A DNA stretch of 54,737 nucleotides, the filler included, from Nitrospinae bacterium RIFCSPLOWO2_12_FULL_45_22 (GTDB taxonomy: Bacteria; 2-12-FULL-45-22): assembly GCA_001803565.1 (NCBI GenBank). It is 4 parts of 4 records of this genome, joined end to end, with 100 filler letters (N's around TTAATTAATTAA, not from the genome) between each part and the next. Parts side by side here need not be neighbours in the genome. Positions count along the whole stretch, not along the records: positions 42,480 to 54,737 come from MHDQ01000319.1; 3 more parts are not named here. One strand, given 5' to 3'. Below, piece after piece: positions 45,473-54,737 of the stretch (its first letter is position 1; every line of letters starts with the position of its first letter). Made by a program: the position numbers and the translations under genes. The notes below the pieces were generated by a model. The model searched no databases, was not told the origin of the DNA, and saw only the letters and a list, made by a program, of their open reading frames with translations.

Positions 45473-46462
45473 ATGCTTAGTGATTCTTTTGAGCGCCAAA
45501 TAGACTATTTAAGGATATCTATCACGGATCGGTGTAATTACCGTTGCCTATACTGTATGCCGGCCAATGGTATAGAACCAAAACCCCGACACCAGTTGCT
45601 GAGCTACGAAGAGACCCTTACGATTGTGGAACTCTTTGTTAAGCTGGGCTTATCTCGCTTCCGGATAACCGGTGGAGAGCCCTTAATTAGGAAAGGCCTG
45701 GTAGAACTGATAGGGGCTATAAGCCAGATAAAAGGGGTAGCAGACCTGGCCCTTACTACTAACGGAACCTTGCTGGCCAGGTACGCCCGGGCTTTAAAAG
45801 GGGCTGGGCTGAAAAGGATAAACATCAGCCTTGACTCGCTTAACCCACAAAAATATTATGAGATTACCCGGGGCGGTAATATTCATGAAGTACTGGCGGG
45901 TATAGACGCTGCGCTGGATCTTGGGTTCTCCCCAATAAAACTAAATACCGTGGTTATCAGGGGAATAAATGATGATGAGCTGATAGATTTTGTACGTTTT
46001 GCCTCGGCTAAGCCCCTGGAGATCCGATTTATAGAATTTATGCCTCTGGGAAAAGAGGGTATCTGGAGCCCAGAAAAATTTATCCCGGGAAAAGAGATCA
46101 GAGCCAGGATAACCAGGGAAATTCCTATAAATCCCATCACCGACACCAGAATAAAAGGTGGTGGCCCGGCAGAGTATTACCAGATTAAAGGCTCCCCAGG
46201 AACTATTGGCTTTATTACTTCTTTGACAGAGAATATATGCCAACGCTGCAACCGGGTCCGTTTAACGGCAGATGGATATTTACGCACCTGCCTCCTGGCC
46301 GACAGAGAGTATGATGTGAAGGCCCTTATAAGGGAGGGAGCTTCTGAAGAGGAAATATTGAGCTTTATCAGAGATGCTATAAGGCAAAAGCCCCAGGGAC
46401 GTTGCTTTAACCTGGATCAACCGCAAATATCACGCAGCCCTATGTCTGCTATTGGTGGCTAA
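45473..46462 (+). CDS. moaA: GTP 3',8-cyclase MoaA
   Basis: YLRISITDRCNYRCLYCM, C..CNRVRLTADG, C-terminal IGG. Confidence 0.96.
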   Translation: MLSDSFERQIDYLRISITDRCNYRCLYCMPANGIEPKPRHQLLSYEETLTIVELFVKLGLSRFRITGGEPLIRKGLVELIGAISQIKGVADLALTTNGTLLARYARALKGAGLKRINISLDSLNPQKYYEITRGGNIHEVLAGIDAALDLGFSPIKLNTVVIRGINDDELIDFVRFASAKPLEIRFIEFMPLGKEGIWSPEKFIPGKEIRARITREIPINPITDTRIKGGGPAEYYQIKGSPGTIGFITSLTENICQRCNRVRLTADGYLRTCLLADREYDVKALIREGASEEEILSFIRDAIRQKPQGRCFNLDQPQISRSPMSAIGG

Positions 46463-46490
46463 ACCGAACCTAGACAAAGGCAAACCCGGG

Positions 46491-47168
46491 TCATTTATTA
46501 GGCGTCGTGGCCTTTTTTGTCTGGGATTTCTTTTTGGGAGTAGCCTTTTTCTTTACTTTCGCCTTGGCCCCACGGGTCTGTTTTTTTGCTTTCTCAGTAA
46601 GGCCAGAGGTCTTTTGCTTCTCCACCTTCTTTTCCGAGACAGGCTTTGTTGGCATAAGCCCTTTTATTTCCACATCTGCCGTTAAAGTATCGGCCCCTTT
46701 GTCATCACCAAACCAGGCCACCTTCTCCTGCACCATCTGGAATTGAATTTTGTACTTTCCGGGTTTTTCAGGGGCCCTGACATTTGCTTCTAAAGTTACC
46801 TGGGCCCCGGGAAGCAGGTCAAAAGGCATACTGGTCCTATCTCCGTCCCATATTATTACATTGCCTTTATCATCTAACCAATGATACGCCAGATTAACTT
46901 CGTAACCCCCTTCTGGTCCAGGCAAATGGGGCCATGATGTATCTCCTAAGTTTTTAATAGTAACAGGTACTTTCCTGGACTCTCCCGGTTTAAGGGTAGC
47001 AGGAATTTGACTCTCCATGAACTCGACAAAATAAGCCGTCTCGGGCAGCGGCCCTGCTACTACAGCGGGCTTTTCTTTCTTCCCTTTGCATGATGAGGTT
47101 ATCAGAAATAGTCCTATTAGCAGAGATAAAACTAATATAACACCAGCAGATTTTTTCATCATATTCAC
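46491..47168 (-). CDS. Lipoprotein with Ig-like (NBR1-like) domain and Lys-rich tail
   Basis: Lipobox-like ITSSC; KNLGDTSW...PG.Y...MVQE.VAWF; basic low-complexity C-terminus. Confidence 0.7.
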   Translation of the reverse strand: MNMMKKSAGVILVLSLLIGLFLITSSCKGKKEKPAVVAGPLPETAYFVEFMESQIPATLKPGESRKVPVTIKNLGDTSWPHLPGPEGGYEVNLAYHWLDDKGNVIIWDGDRTSMPFDLLPGAQVTLEANVRAPEKPGKYKIQFQMVQEKVAWFGDDKGADTLTADVEIKGLMPTKPVSEKKVEKQKTSGLTEKAKKQTRGAKAKVKKKATPKKKSQTKKATTPNK

Positions 47169-47351
47169 CCCTCCTCGCTACTTGTTAATGTCATGACTTT
47201 TAAATTAATTAGGATACAGATTTTCACAGATTAACGCAGACAATATTAAGCCCTTGGTCATTGATCATTGACTAATGACCAATGACAATAAGTTAAATCC
47301 TGAAAATCAGCGTCGGGTACCCAAGAATTGGGTGTGCATCCAAAAAGGATA

Positions 47352-48602
47352 CTATTCTAATAAGATTAGCTCTGGTGCTTCCAGGTGTTGGATAACGGCA
47401 TTAAGGAAGCCAGCAGCCTGACCACCATCCACTACCCGATGATCAAAGGAGAGGGAAAGGGCCATGATCTTTTGGGTAACTATCTCTCCCTCTTTCATAG
47501 CTAACTTATCCTGAATCTTACCTACCCCCAGTATAGCTACCTCAGGATAGTTGATAATGGGGGTACCATAGATCCCGCCTAAGGCCCCATAGTCAGATAT
47601 GGTAAAGCTCCCGCCCTTAAGGTCTATCAGGTCTATCTTGCGGGAACGGGCCTTTACTTTTAATTCTTGCAATATGCGGGCCAGTTCCAACAGTCCCTTC
47701 TGATCCGCTGCTTTTATAACTGGTACTATGAGTCCCTCTGGAGTATCAACGGCTATACCGACATTATAATATTTTTTCAGGTTAATAATCTCCTTTTCGT
47801 CGTCCAGGCTGGCATTTATATAGGGATATTCCTTTAGAGCTGCGACAGTGGCCTTTATGATGAAGGATAAGTAGGTAAGATTCACCCCTTTTCTGGCAGC
47901 GGCTTCTTTGACCTTCTCTCTTATCCTTACCAGTTCTGTTACATTGGCTTCATCCATCATCGCTACATGGGGTGCCGTATAGATGGATTTTACCATTTTT
48001 TTTGCGATGGTACGCCTCATTCCCCTCAGGGGTACCGCTTCGACCGGGCCATAAAAATCCTTCTCAGGCGCCACCTCGGGCACTAATTCTTCTTTAGGTT
48101 TTTTTATGGTCTCAGCAAATTTTCGTACATCCTTCTCTGTAACCCTACCCAGGGGACCAGTACCTTTGATTTGGGTTATTTCTATCCCTAATTTCTTTGC
48201 CAGGGCCCGTACTGAAGGGATAGCCAGTACCCTTTTCTCTGCCTTTTCTTCCTCCTTTGCCTCCTCTTCGTCCGGGGCTTCTTCTAATACCCCTACTACC
48301 CCGACTGAAACAGGCTTTTCTTCCTCGATCTCCTCTTTAGCCAGGACAGGCTCCAGCCGATCACCCTTATCACCTATGATTATAATTACCTGACCTACGT
48401 TGATTATCTCCCCTTCTCTCGCCAGGAGTTTTAATACTACACCGTTGCGGGGGGAGGGTATCTCTACATTAGCCTTATCGGTCTCTACTTCGACCATGGT
48501 CTGGTCTGCCTTCACCAGCTCCCCTTCTTTTACATGCCAGCGGATAATCTCGCCCTCAGCTATGCCTTCTCCTACATCAGGAAACTTAAATTCTGTGATC
48601 AT
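47352..48602 (-). CDS. pdhC: 2-oxoacid dehydrogenase E2 (dihydrolipoamide acyltransferase)
   Basis: Lipoyl ETDKA, E3-binding GTG..GR, DHRVVDG. Confidence 0.88.
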   Translation of the reverse strand: MITEFKFPDVGEGIAEGEIIRWHVKEGELVKADQTMVEVETDKANVEIPSPRNGVVLKLLAREGEIINVGQVIIIIGDKGDRLEPVLAKEEIEEEKPVSVGVVGVLEEAPDEEEAKEEEKAEKRVLAIPSVRALAKKLGIEITQIKGTGPLGRVTEKDVRKFAETIKKPKEELVPEVAPEKDFYGPVEAVPLRGMRRTIAKKMVKSIYTAPHVAMMDEANVTELVRIREKVKEAAARKGVNLTYLSFIIKATVAALKEYPYINASLDDEKEIINLKKYYNVGIAVDTPEGLIVPVIKAADQKGLLELARILQELKVKARSRKIDLIDLKGGSFTISDYGALGGIYGTPIINYPEVAILGVGKIQDKLAMKEGEIVTQKIMALSLSFDHRVVDGGQAAGFLNAVIQHLEAPELILLE

Positions 48603-48614
48603 CAGCCACTATCC

Positions 48615-49592
48615 TCAAAACGTCATAACTTTTTTTATCTCTTTAATGATCTGGTTTTCATTGGGCAAATAATACTCCTCAGCTTTTAGTAAGGGGAATA
48701 CCGTATCGAAACCGGTTATCCGTTCTACGGGAGCTTGCAGATAGAGCATGGCCTTCTCATTTATCTGGGCTACGAGCTCTGCCCCGAACCCACAAGTCCG
48801 GGCCGCCTCATGTACTACTATAGCCCGACCGGTTTTTTGCACGGAATTGATAATGGTATCAATATCAAAGGGATAGATGCTCCGGATATCTATAACTTCC
48901 ACCTCGATCCCTTCTTTTTGGGCCAGGGTTGCGGCTTTTAATGAAGGTGGCACCATAGCGCCCCAGCTAAATAGCGATAAATGGCCCCCTTCCCGTAATA
49001 TTTTGGCTTGGCCCAGAGGTATGGTATATTCCTCTTCCGGGACCTCTTCTTTTATAGCCCGATAGACCTTTTTGGGTTCCAGGAAGATTACTGGGTCAGG
49101 GTCTCTTATAGCTGAGATCAACAAACCTTTGGCATCATAAGGGGTAGAAGGGATTACTACCTTAAGGCCCGGTGTATGAGCCAGGATAGCCTCGGTACTC
49201 TCTGAATGATGCTCTGGTGCCTTTATCCCACCACCATATGGCATCCGCACTACTAAAGGGCAGTGAAAACGGCCCCGGGAACGGGTACGGATACGGGCTG
49301 CATGCGAGATAAGTTGATCAAAGGCAGGATAGAGAAACCCCATGAATTGCAACTCCGCTACTGGCCTTAAGCCATATACTGCCATACCAATTGCAGTACC
49401 GACAATACCTGATTCAGCCAGTGGGGTGTCAATAACTCGGTTCTCGCCAAATTTTTCTAATAACCCCACGGTCACGCGAAATACACCACCATTGCGGCCT
49501 ACATCCTCACCCAGCACTACTACCCTTTCATCCCGCTCCATTTCCTGGTGTAAGGCGAGGTTTATTGCATCAACTATATTTAACCGGGCCAT
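48615..49592 (-). CDS. pdhB: 2-oxoacid (pyruvate) dehydrogenase E1 beta
   Basis: GEDVG..GGVFR, DTPLAE, EHHS, PYDAKGLL. Confidence 0.9.
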   Translation of the reverse strand: MARLNIVDAINLALHQEMERDERVVVLGEDVGRNGGVFRVTVGLLEKFGENRVIDTPLAESGIVGTAIGMAVYGLRPVAELQFMGFLYPAFDQLISHAARIRTRSRGRFHCPLVVRMPYGGGIKAPEHHSESTEAILAHTPGLKVVIPSTPYDAKGLLISAIRDPDPVIFLEPKKVYRAIKEEVPEEEYTIPLGQAKILREGGHLSLFSWGAMVPPSLKAATLAQKEGIEVEVIDIRSIYPFDIDTIINSVQKTGRAIVVHEAARTCGFGAELVAQINEKAMLYLQAPVERITGFDTVFPLLKAEEYYLPNENQIIKEIKKVMTF

Positions 49593-49615
49593 ACTTCTTT
49601 GCTCCCTTGATAAAG

Positions 49616-49733
49616 TTACCGTTCACCGCCAAGACGCAGAGAATGCTAAGCATGTAGTGAGGAGTAAGGAGTTAGCAGTTACTGCTAACAGCTCACTTCT
49701 CTGTTATCTCTGTGTGCTCTGCGGTGAATAGTT
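49616..49733. repeat. Palindromic element between pdhA and pdhB
   Basis: TTCACCGC...GCGGTGAA arms around a 7-bp-period GTGAGGAGTAAGGAGTTAGCAGT..ACTGCTAAC hairpin. Confidence 0.7.
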
Positions 49734-49741
49734 TTTAGAGA

Positions 49742-50821
49742 TCAACCCAGTGTTTCTAAAAGTTTAGCTAGCTGCTCTTTTAAGGTCCAGGGCATCTCGG
49801 CATAGGTATATTTGAAGACATCTTCTGGGCTGGGTGCGGGCCAGTTCTCAGCCTTATCGGTGGCCTTATCTACTAGTTGGGTCACCTCGTCCAATAGCCC
49901 CTTCTCATAGTCATCAGCCCATAAGCCTTTACCTTGCAGATATACCTGGAACCGCTTAATCGGGTCCCGCTCTTCCCAAAAAGCTACTTCTTCCTTAGTG
50001 CGGTATCGGGTAGCATCATCGGACGTAGTATGGTGACTAAGGCGATAAGTATACGCCTCAATAAAAGTTGGGCCACCACCGGCATGGGCCTTAGCAATGG
50101 CCTCTTTGGTAATAGCATATACCGCCAGAACATCGTTCCCATCCACCTGGACCCCTGCAAACCCATAGGCAATAGCCTTTTGGGCCAGGGTCTTGGCGGC
50201 TGTCTGCCGTGCCCGGGGTATGGAAATGGCATATTGATTATTCTGGCAGAAAAATACCGTCGGGGCCTGAAAAACTCCGGCAAAGTTCATGGCCTCATGA
50301 AAATCCCCTTCTGATGTGCCACCATCACCAAAATATACCAGGGTAGCTACGTCATCTCCCTTGATCTTGGCTGCCCAGGCAGCTCCTACAGCATGAAGGG
50401 GCTGGGTACCCACCGGGATAGAGATAGGAAAGATATTGACCCCTTCTGGTGCAGCATTGCCCAATTCATTGCCCATCCAATATAAGAAGACAGATTCCAG
50501 TGGCATACCTTTTACCACCATAGCAGCCATTTCCCGGAAAGTAGGGAACATCCAATCCGATCTTGGTAAGGCATAGGCACTCCCTACCTCTGCTGCTTCC
50601 TGACCGCGTACCGGGGCATAGGTACCGAACCGGCCCTGGCGTTGGAGTTTTAATGCCTTGTCATCGGCCACTCGACTTAATACCATGAACCGATAAAGGG
50701 TTTTTAAATCATCATTGCTTAGCTTGGGTTCCAGGTCGGGGTTGACTATCCGCCCATCTTTATCCAGTATCTGTGCCATCTCCCCTTTCAAGGGATCATA
50801 TTTTCCCAATAACGATAACAA
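49742..50821 (-). CDS. pdhA: 2-oxoacid (pyruvate) dehydrogenase E1 alpha
   Basis: LQRQGR, GQEA, GDGGTSEGDF...NN TPP motif, HTTSDD. Confidence 0.9.
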   Translation of the reverse strand: MLSLLGKYDPLKGEMAQILDKDGRIVNPDLEPKLSNDDLKTLYRFMVLSRVADDKALKLQRQGRFGTYAPVRGQEAAEVGSAYALPRSDWMFPTFREMAAMVVKGMPLESVFLYWMGNELGNAAPEGVNIFPISIPVGTQPLHAVGAAWAAKIKGDDVATLVYFGDGGTSEGDFHEAMNFAGVFQAPTVFFCQNNQYAISIPRARQTAAKTLAQKAIAYGFAGVQVDGNDVLAVYAITKEAIAKAHAGGGPTFIEAYTYRLSHHTTSDDATRYRTKEEVAFWEERDPIKRFQVYLQGKGLWADDYEKGLLDEVTQLVDKATDKAENWPAPSPEDVFKYTYAEMPWTLKEQLAKLLETLG

Positions 50822-50859
50822 GGGTTGTACTCTCCTTTTCCGGATTAAGTTAGGGGCTT

Positions 50860-50888
50860 ATCTTATATCACCCGGCGCTTATTGTCAA
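50860..50888 (-). promoter_or_regulatory. Sigma70-type promoter of pdh operon
   Basis: TTGACA-17 bp-TAAGAT just upstream of pdhA. Confidence 0.6.
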
Positions 50889-51076
50889 TAAATCGAATCG
50901 AGTATTCGGATAATCCTTTTTGAATTTTAACAGTATATGCGGCTCTCGTTCATCTGGTGCTGACAATACTAGAAATGCTTTTTCATATTCCAACAAATGT
51001 CCAATGAGCCCGAGTATTTGTTCTTCCCTCAGGGCATTGATCGTTATTTTTGCTATACCTCCACCAACTGTAGCGG

Positions 51077-52393
51077 CTATGACTCGTCCGTTTTCTCTTT
51101 GGACAGGTCTCCTTTGAGATAGGCCTCGAACGCTCCCATATCGAAATGTCCGTGGCCGCTCAGGTTGAAAAGGATAACCCTTTCCTTACCTTCTTCTCGT
51201 GCCCGGAGAGCTTCATCAATGACCGCACGGATAGCATGGGAGGCTTCAGGGGCGCTAATAATCCCTTCGGTACGTGCAAAAATGAGAGAAGCTTCAAAAC
51301 ATGCTTGCTGTTCATAAGCTCGGGCTTCAATCAAGCCGTCTAACAAAAGCTGACTAACTAGAGGGGACATCCCATGATAACGCAGACCTCCGGCATGGAT
51401 TCCGGGGGGGACAAAATCGTGCCCCAGAGTATACATGGGTAGTAACGGGGTTTGGCGTGCTGCATCGCCAAAGTCATAAGTGAACTTTCCTCGGGTTAAA
51501 GTAGGACATGCTTCAGGTTCTACCGCAATTGCCCTCAGTTCTTTCCCATGTATCTTATCGCATAGAAAAGGGAAGGCCAGCCCGGCAAAATTACTCCCGC
51601 CACCACAGCAGCCGATGACTACCTCAGGGATGTCTCCTGCCTTTTTCAATTGCTTCTGGGCTTCTAGCCCGATCACAGTCTGGTGAAGCAAGACATGATT
51701 GAGGACGCTACCCAGAGCATATTTGGTATCAGCGTGTGAAAGGGCATCCTCGATAGCTTCACCGATAGCAATCCCCAAGCTGCCATTACAGTCAGGGTCA
51801 CGCTCCAGTACTTCCCGCCCAGCGCAGGTATTAAGGCTGGGGCTAGGGGTTACTTTTGCTCCCCAAATCTTCATCTGTGTATGTCGGTAAGGTTTCTGCT
51901 GGTAACTAATCCGGACCATATAGACCTGGCATTCCAGCCCGAATAGATGACAGGCTAAACTCAAGGCGCTTCCCCACTGCCCTGCTCCAGTCTCAGTAGT
52001 TAGCCGCTTTACTCCTTCGACTTTATTATAGTATGCCTGGGCAATGGCAGTATTGGGTTTGTGACTTCCGGTAGGACTCACACCTTCATATTTATAATAG
52101 ATCCTGGCTGGTGTACTTAAATGTCTTTCCAGCCTGTAAGCCCGGTAGAGGGGTGTAGGTCGCCACAGTCTCAAAATTTCTCGCACTTCTTCAGGAATCT
52201 GAATCCAGCGTTCCTGGCTAATTTCCTGCTCGATAAGACCCTGAGGAAAGATAGGTGCCAGGGCTTCGGGATGCAGAGGCTCGCGGGTTTTTGGGTTAAG
52301 GGGAGGTTGGAGGGATCGTGGCAGGTCAGCTGCGATGTTATACCAGTAAGTCGGTAGTTCATTCTCTTCTAGTAAAACCTTGGTCTCAGACAT
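51077..52393 (-). CDS. trpB2: TrpB2-type tryptophan synthase beta-like PLP enzyme
   Basis: [38 protein letters not shown]. Confidence 0.92.
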   Translation of the reverse strand: MSETKVLLEENELPTYWYNIAADLPRSLQPPLNPKTREPLHPEALAPIFPQGLIEQEISQERWIQIPEEVREILRLWRPTPLYRAYRLERHLSTPARIYYKYEGVSPTGSHKPNTAIAQAYYNKVEGVKRLTTETGAGQWGSALSLACHLFGLECQVYMVRISYQQKPYRHTQMKIWGAKVTPSPSLNTCAGREVLERDPDCNGSLGIAIGEAIEDALSHADTKYALGSVLNHVLLHQTVIGLEAQKQLKKAGDIPEVVIGCCGGGSNFAGLAFPFLCDKIHGKELRAIAVEPEACPTLTRGKFTYDFGDAARQTPLLPMYTLGHDFVPPGIHAGGLRYHGMSPLVSQLLLDGLIEARAYEQQACFEASLIFARTEGIISAPEASHAIRAVIDEALRAREEGKERVILFNLSGHGHFDMGAFEAYLKGDLSKEKTDES

Positions 52394-52446
52394 CTTTTTG
52401 CCTCTTCTAATAATCGAGGAATCTTTTTTGGATGATTAATAACTTG

Positions 52447-52565
52447 ACTTTGTCACATTTGCCCTGTCATTCTGAGCGAAGCGAAGAATCTCGCTCCTCA
52501 CAGGCTGAGACCCTTCGCTTCGCTCAGTGTGACAAGCGAGAGGTTCAATTTTAATGTGACAATGT
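52447..52565. repeat. Nested palindrome
   Basis: Outer TTGTCACATT/AATGTGACAA; inner TGTCATTCTGAGCGAAGCGAAG...CTTCGCTTCGCTCAGTGTGACA. Confidence 0.8.
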
Positions 52566-52807
52566 AAAGATAAAAGACAGTTCTAATAACCTCTATAGTT
52601 TAAGATAGTCAATAGCAAATAACTTGGCAGTAATGCCTCAGTTATAGGGGAAACATTTATATTACCAAAAGAATGGGATTGCTGCATGCTAATGGGCAGA
52701 TTATTTTCTCCCACCCCGCAAGGAATTACCATAGTTGGATGACCAGTTACATTCAAGTCACATCACTTGCTGAATATTCGGTTTTTAGTGCTGGCTCAAA
52801 TACTTGT

Positions 52808-52886
<79 letters not shown>

Positions 52887-52919
52887 ACAAGGGAAGGAAA
52901 ACTTAACCTTTCGCTTCAC

Positions 52920-53516
52920 TCAAGGCAGGCCCAGGCCTAAGAGGATTTGCTTTGCCTGGGTCAATGCTTTAGCCCGGTGGCTGATATGATTCTTTAAAGT
53001 CAGATCTAATTCTGCCATGGTCTTGCTGTATTCAGGTAAGTAGAAGATCGGGTCATAACCGAAACCTTTATCTCCTTGGCCCTTGAAGGCAATTAAACCT
53101 TCACAAACTCCCTGGCAGAGAAAGGGCTCTCGTCCTGGTTTTACAATAGCTATCAGGCAAATATAACGGGCAGTCCGTTGAGCCCAGGGTATATCCTTCA
53201 GATATTCTAATAACAATTGATTACGCTGACTATCAGTCAGCCCTTCACCTCCAAATCTTGCTGATTCTACCCCTGGCTTCCCGCCTAAAGCATCCACTTC
53301 TAAACCAGAATCATCCGCCAGGGTGATCTTACCGGTAATGTTAGCCACAGTTTGGGCCTTATGGATAGCATTTTCCTGATAGCTGTTACGGGCTTCTTTA
53401 AGCGATATAGGATAAGGAAGATCAAGCAAGGTAGAGATTTTTAGGCCCCGATCCCCTAGGTAGCTCTTTATTTCTCTAATTTTACCTGGGTTAAAAGTAG
53501 AGAGGACGATCTCCAA
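52920..53516 (-). CDS. rdgB: dITP/XTP pyrophosphatase
   Basis: NPGK..E, ADDSGL, GFGYDPIF, KNHISHR. Confidence 0.95.
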   Translation of the reverse strand: MEIVLSTFNPGKIREIKSYLGDRGLKISTLLDLPYPISLKEARNSYQENAIHKAQTVANITGKITLADDSGLEVDALGGKPGVESARFGGEGLTDSQRNQLLLEYLKDIPWAQRTARYICLIAIVKPGREPFLCQGVCEGLIAFKGQGDKGFGYDPIFYLPEYSKTMAELDLTLKNHISHRAKALTQAKQILLGLGLP

Positions 53517-53522
53517 ACTCCT

Positions 53523-54239
53523 TCAGCCCCCCAAGACCTTTTTCTGCACCTCTATCAATTCCTTAATCCCTTTTTCTGCCAGGCCTAGCAACTCATCCAT
53601 CTCTCTTCTACTAAAGGGTCTCCCTTCGGCAGTACCCTGGATTTCTACATAACGACCGCTGCCAGTCATCACTACATTCATATCTACCTCACAAAGTGAG
53701 TCCTCCTGGTAATTAATATCCAGCAGGGATTTCTCCTCTAATATCCCTACGCTGGTAGCCGCTATATAATCTTCTAAAGGGATCTTCTCCAGTTTGCCTA
53801 TCCTGACTAAGTAACGCAAGGCGTCATGCAAAGCTACAAATGAGCCGGTAATAGAGGCGGTTCTGGTACCGCCATCGGCCTGGATAACATCGCAGTCCAG
53901 CCAAATAGTTCTTGATCCCAAGGCATTGAGGTCTACTACCGACCTTAAAGATCTCCCTATAAGGCGTTGGATCTCCTGGGTTCTACCGCCAATTCTTCCC
54001 CTGGTGGCCTCCCGGGGTATGCGGTTCTGGGCTGATCGAGGCAACATACCATATTCGGCTGTTACCCACCCTTGATCGCTGTCTCGCAAGAAAGGGGGGA
54101 CAGAGTCTTCAATAGTAGCGGTACATATAACCCTTGTATCTCCTACAGATATTAATACTGAGCCCTCAGCATGCTTGATAAAATTACGGACCATCTTTAC
54201 AGGACGTAATTCTTCCGGGCTACGGCCGTCATTCCTCAT
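53523..54239 (-). CDS. rph: Ribonuclease PH
   Basis: [37 protein letters not shown]. Confidence 0.97.
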   Translation of the reverse strand: MRNDGRSPEELRPVKMVRNFIKHAEGSVLISVGDTRVICTATIEDSVPPFLRDSDQGWVTAEYGMLPRSAQNRIPREATRGRIGGRTQEIQRLIGRSLRSVVDLNALGSRTIWLDCDVIQADGGTRTASITGSFVALHDALRYLVRIGKLEKIPLEDYIAATSVGILEEKSLLDINYQEDSLCEVDMNVVMTGSGRYVEIQGTAEGRPFSRREMDELLGLAEKGIKELIEVQKKVLGG

Positions 54240-54351
54240 CCCTTCCTACCTTTCTTCAATGTACAAAGACATAATTTTAGCTACCTTTCCTCTCCTATAT
54301 TATAACATACCGGGGTCTTCCGCAATCAATTTCCTGTTTAGAACAGGTTTT

Positions 54352-54612
54352 GTAACTGTTTAGCCAAATAAAGTTTTAAATTCTGTTTAGCCACAGAGGC
54401 ACCGAGAACACGGAGGAAGATATTTGATTAATACTAGGCCCAGGGAGAGTCAACAAAAACTGTAGCATGAAAGTCTTCGGCCCGAAGGCCTCAGGCTGAG
54501 GGCTTGCTTTCATAACTGCGAGCAAGCTCGCACGCTACATCTCTGAACCTTAGTAGACAGTTAATTTTTTCTTTTCTCTGTGAACTCTGTGTCTCCGTGG
54601 CTAAACACTTAC
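54352..54612. mobile_element. MITE-like composite palindrome (GTAAC family) with nested REP
   Basis: GTAACTGTTTAGCCAAATAAAGT...GGCTAAACACTTAC; inner GCCACAGAG..CTCCGTGGC arms; REP at 54461-54539. Confidence 0.8.
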
Positions 54613-54737
54613 GTTTATAGCCGTTTTAAAAGGGGAAGAGATTTAGAGGTCTATCTGGCAGACTTGACTGGGGTCAATGGGTAAGAATCTATTACCTATT
54701 TTGATAAACTTATCCGGTTGGTCAGTAACGTAATAGT

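Noticed and set aside
45309-45503. 64-aa ORF between ahbB and moaA (likewise 30869-31195, 40701-40931)
   Set aside because: These overlap palindromic repeats or real genes; likely spurious.

Overview
This window comes from a draft bacterial genome, probably an anaerobic Deltaproteobacteria/Nitrospinae-like lineage (taxonomy is inferred). It is four contigs joined by 100-bp N/TTAATTAATTAA linkers (15108-15207, 26101-26200, 42380-42479), so adjacency across linkers has no meaning. Contig 1: an AT-rich, translationally coupled three-gene module (TIGR04255-like protein, hypothetical, putative ADP-ribosyltransferase-fold protein), then nitroreductase, rlmN, rlmI-like, hisD-hisB-hisH, threonine ammonia-lyase and lat. 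Contig 2: a NuoEFG/HydABC-like plus NfnAB-like plus ferredoxin operon, then a decayed accessory region with toxin-antitoxin (TA) pairs, an integron-integrase pseudogene, a RAYT transposase remnant and two type IIG restriction-modification (R-M) C-terminal segments. Contig 3: a radical-chemistry cluster (2-hydroxyacyl-CoA dehydratase-like pair, a B12 mutase with a divergent active site, a glycyl-radical enzyme with an atypical GCMAP loop plus its activase, a SPASM radical SAM enzyme, hypAB) and a CHAT protease gene. Contig 4: der, ahbAB, moaA, pdhABC, trpB2, tRNA-Pro, rdgB, rph. Many intergenic gaps hold small palindromic elements from several families, often nested inside one another; one sits in frame inside a gene. 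The best candidates for undescribed systems are the 84-1965 triad, the GRE/mutase cluster, the R-M-tail/TA cassette arrangement and the nested palindromes. All family calls come from motif recognition by eye, not from database searches.
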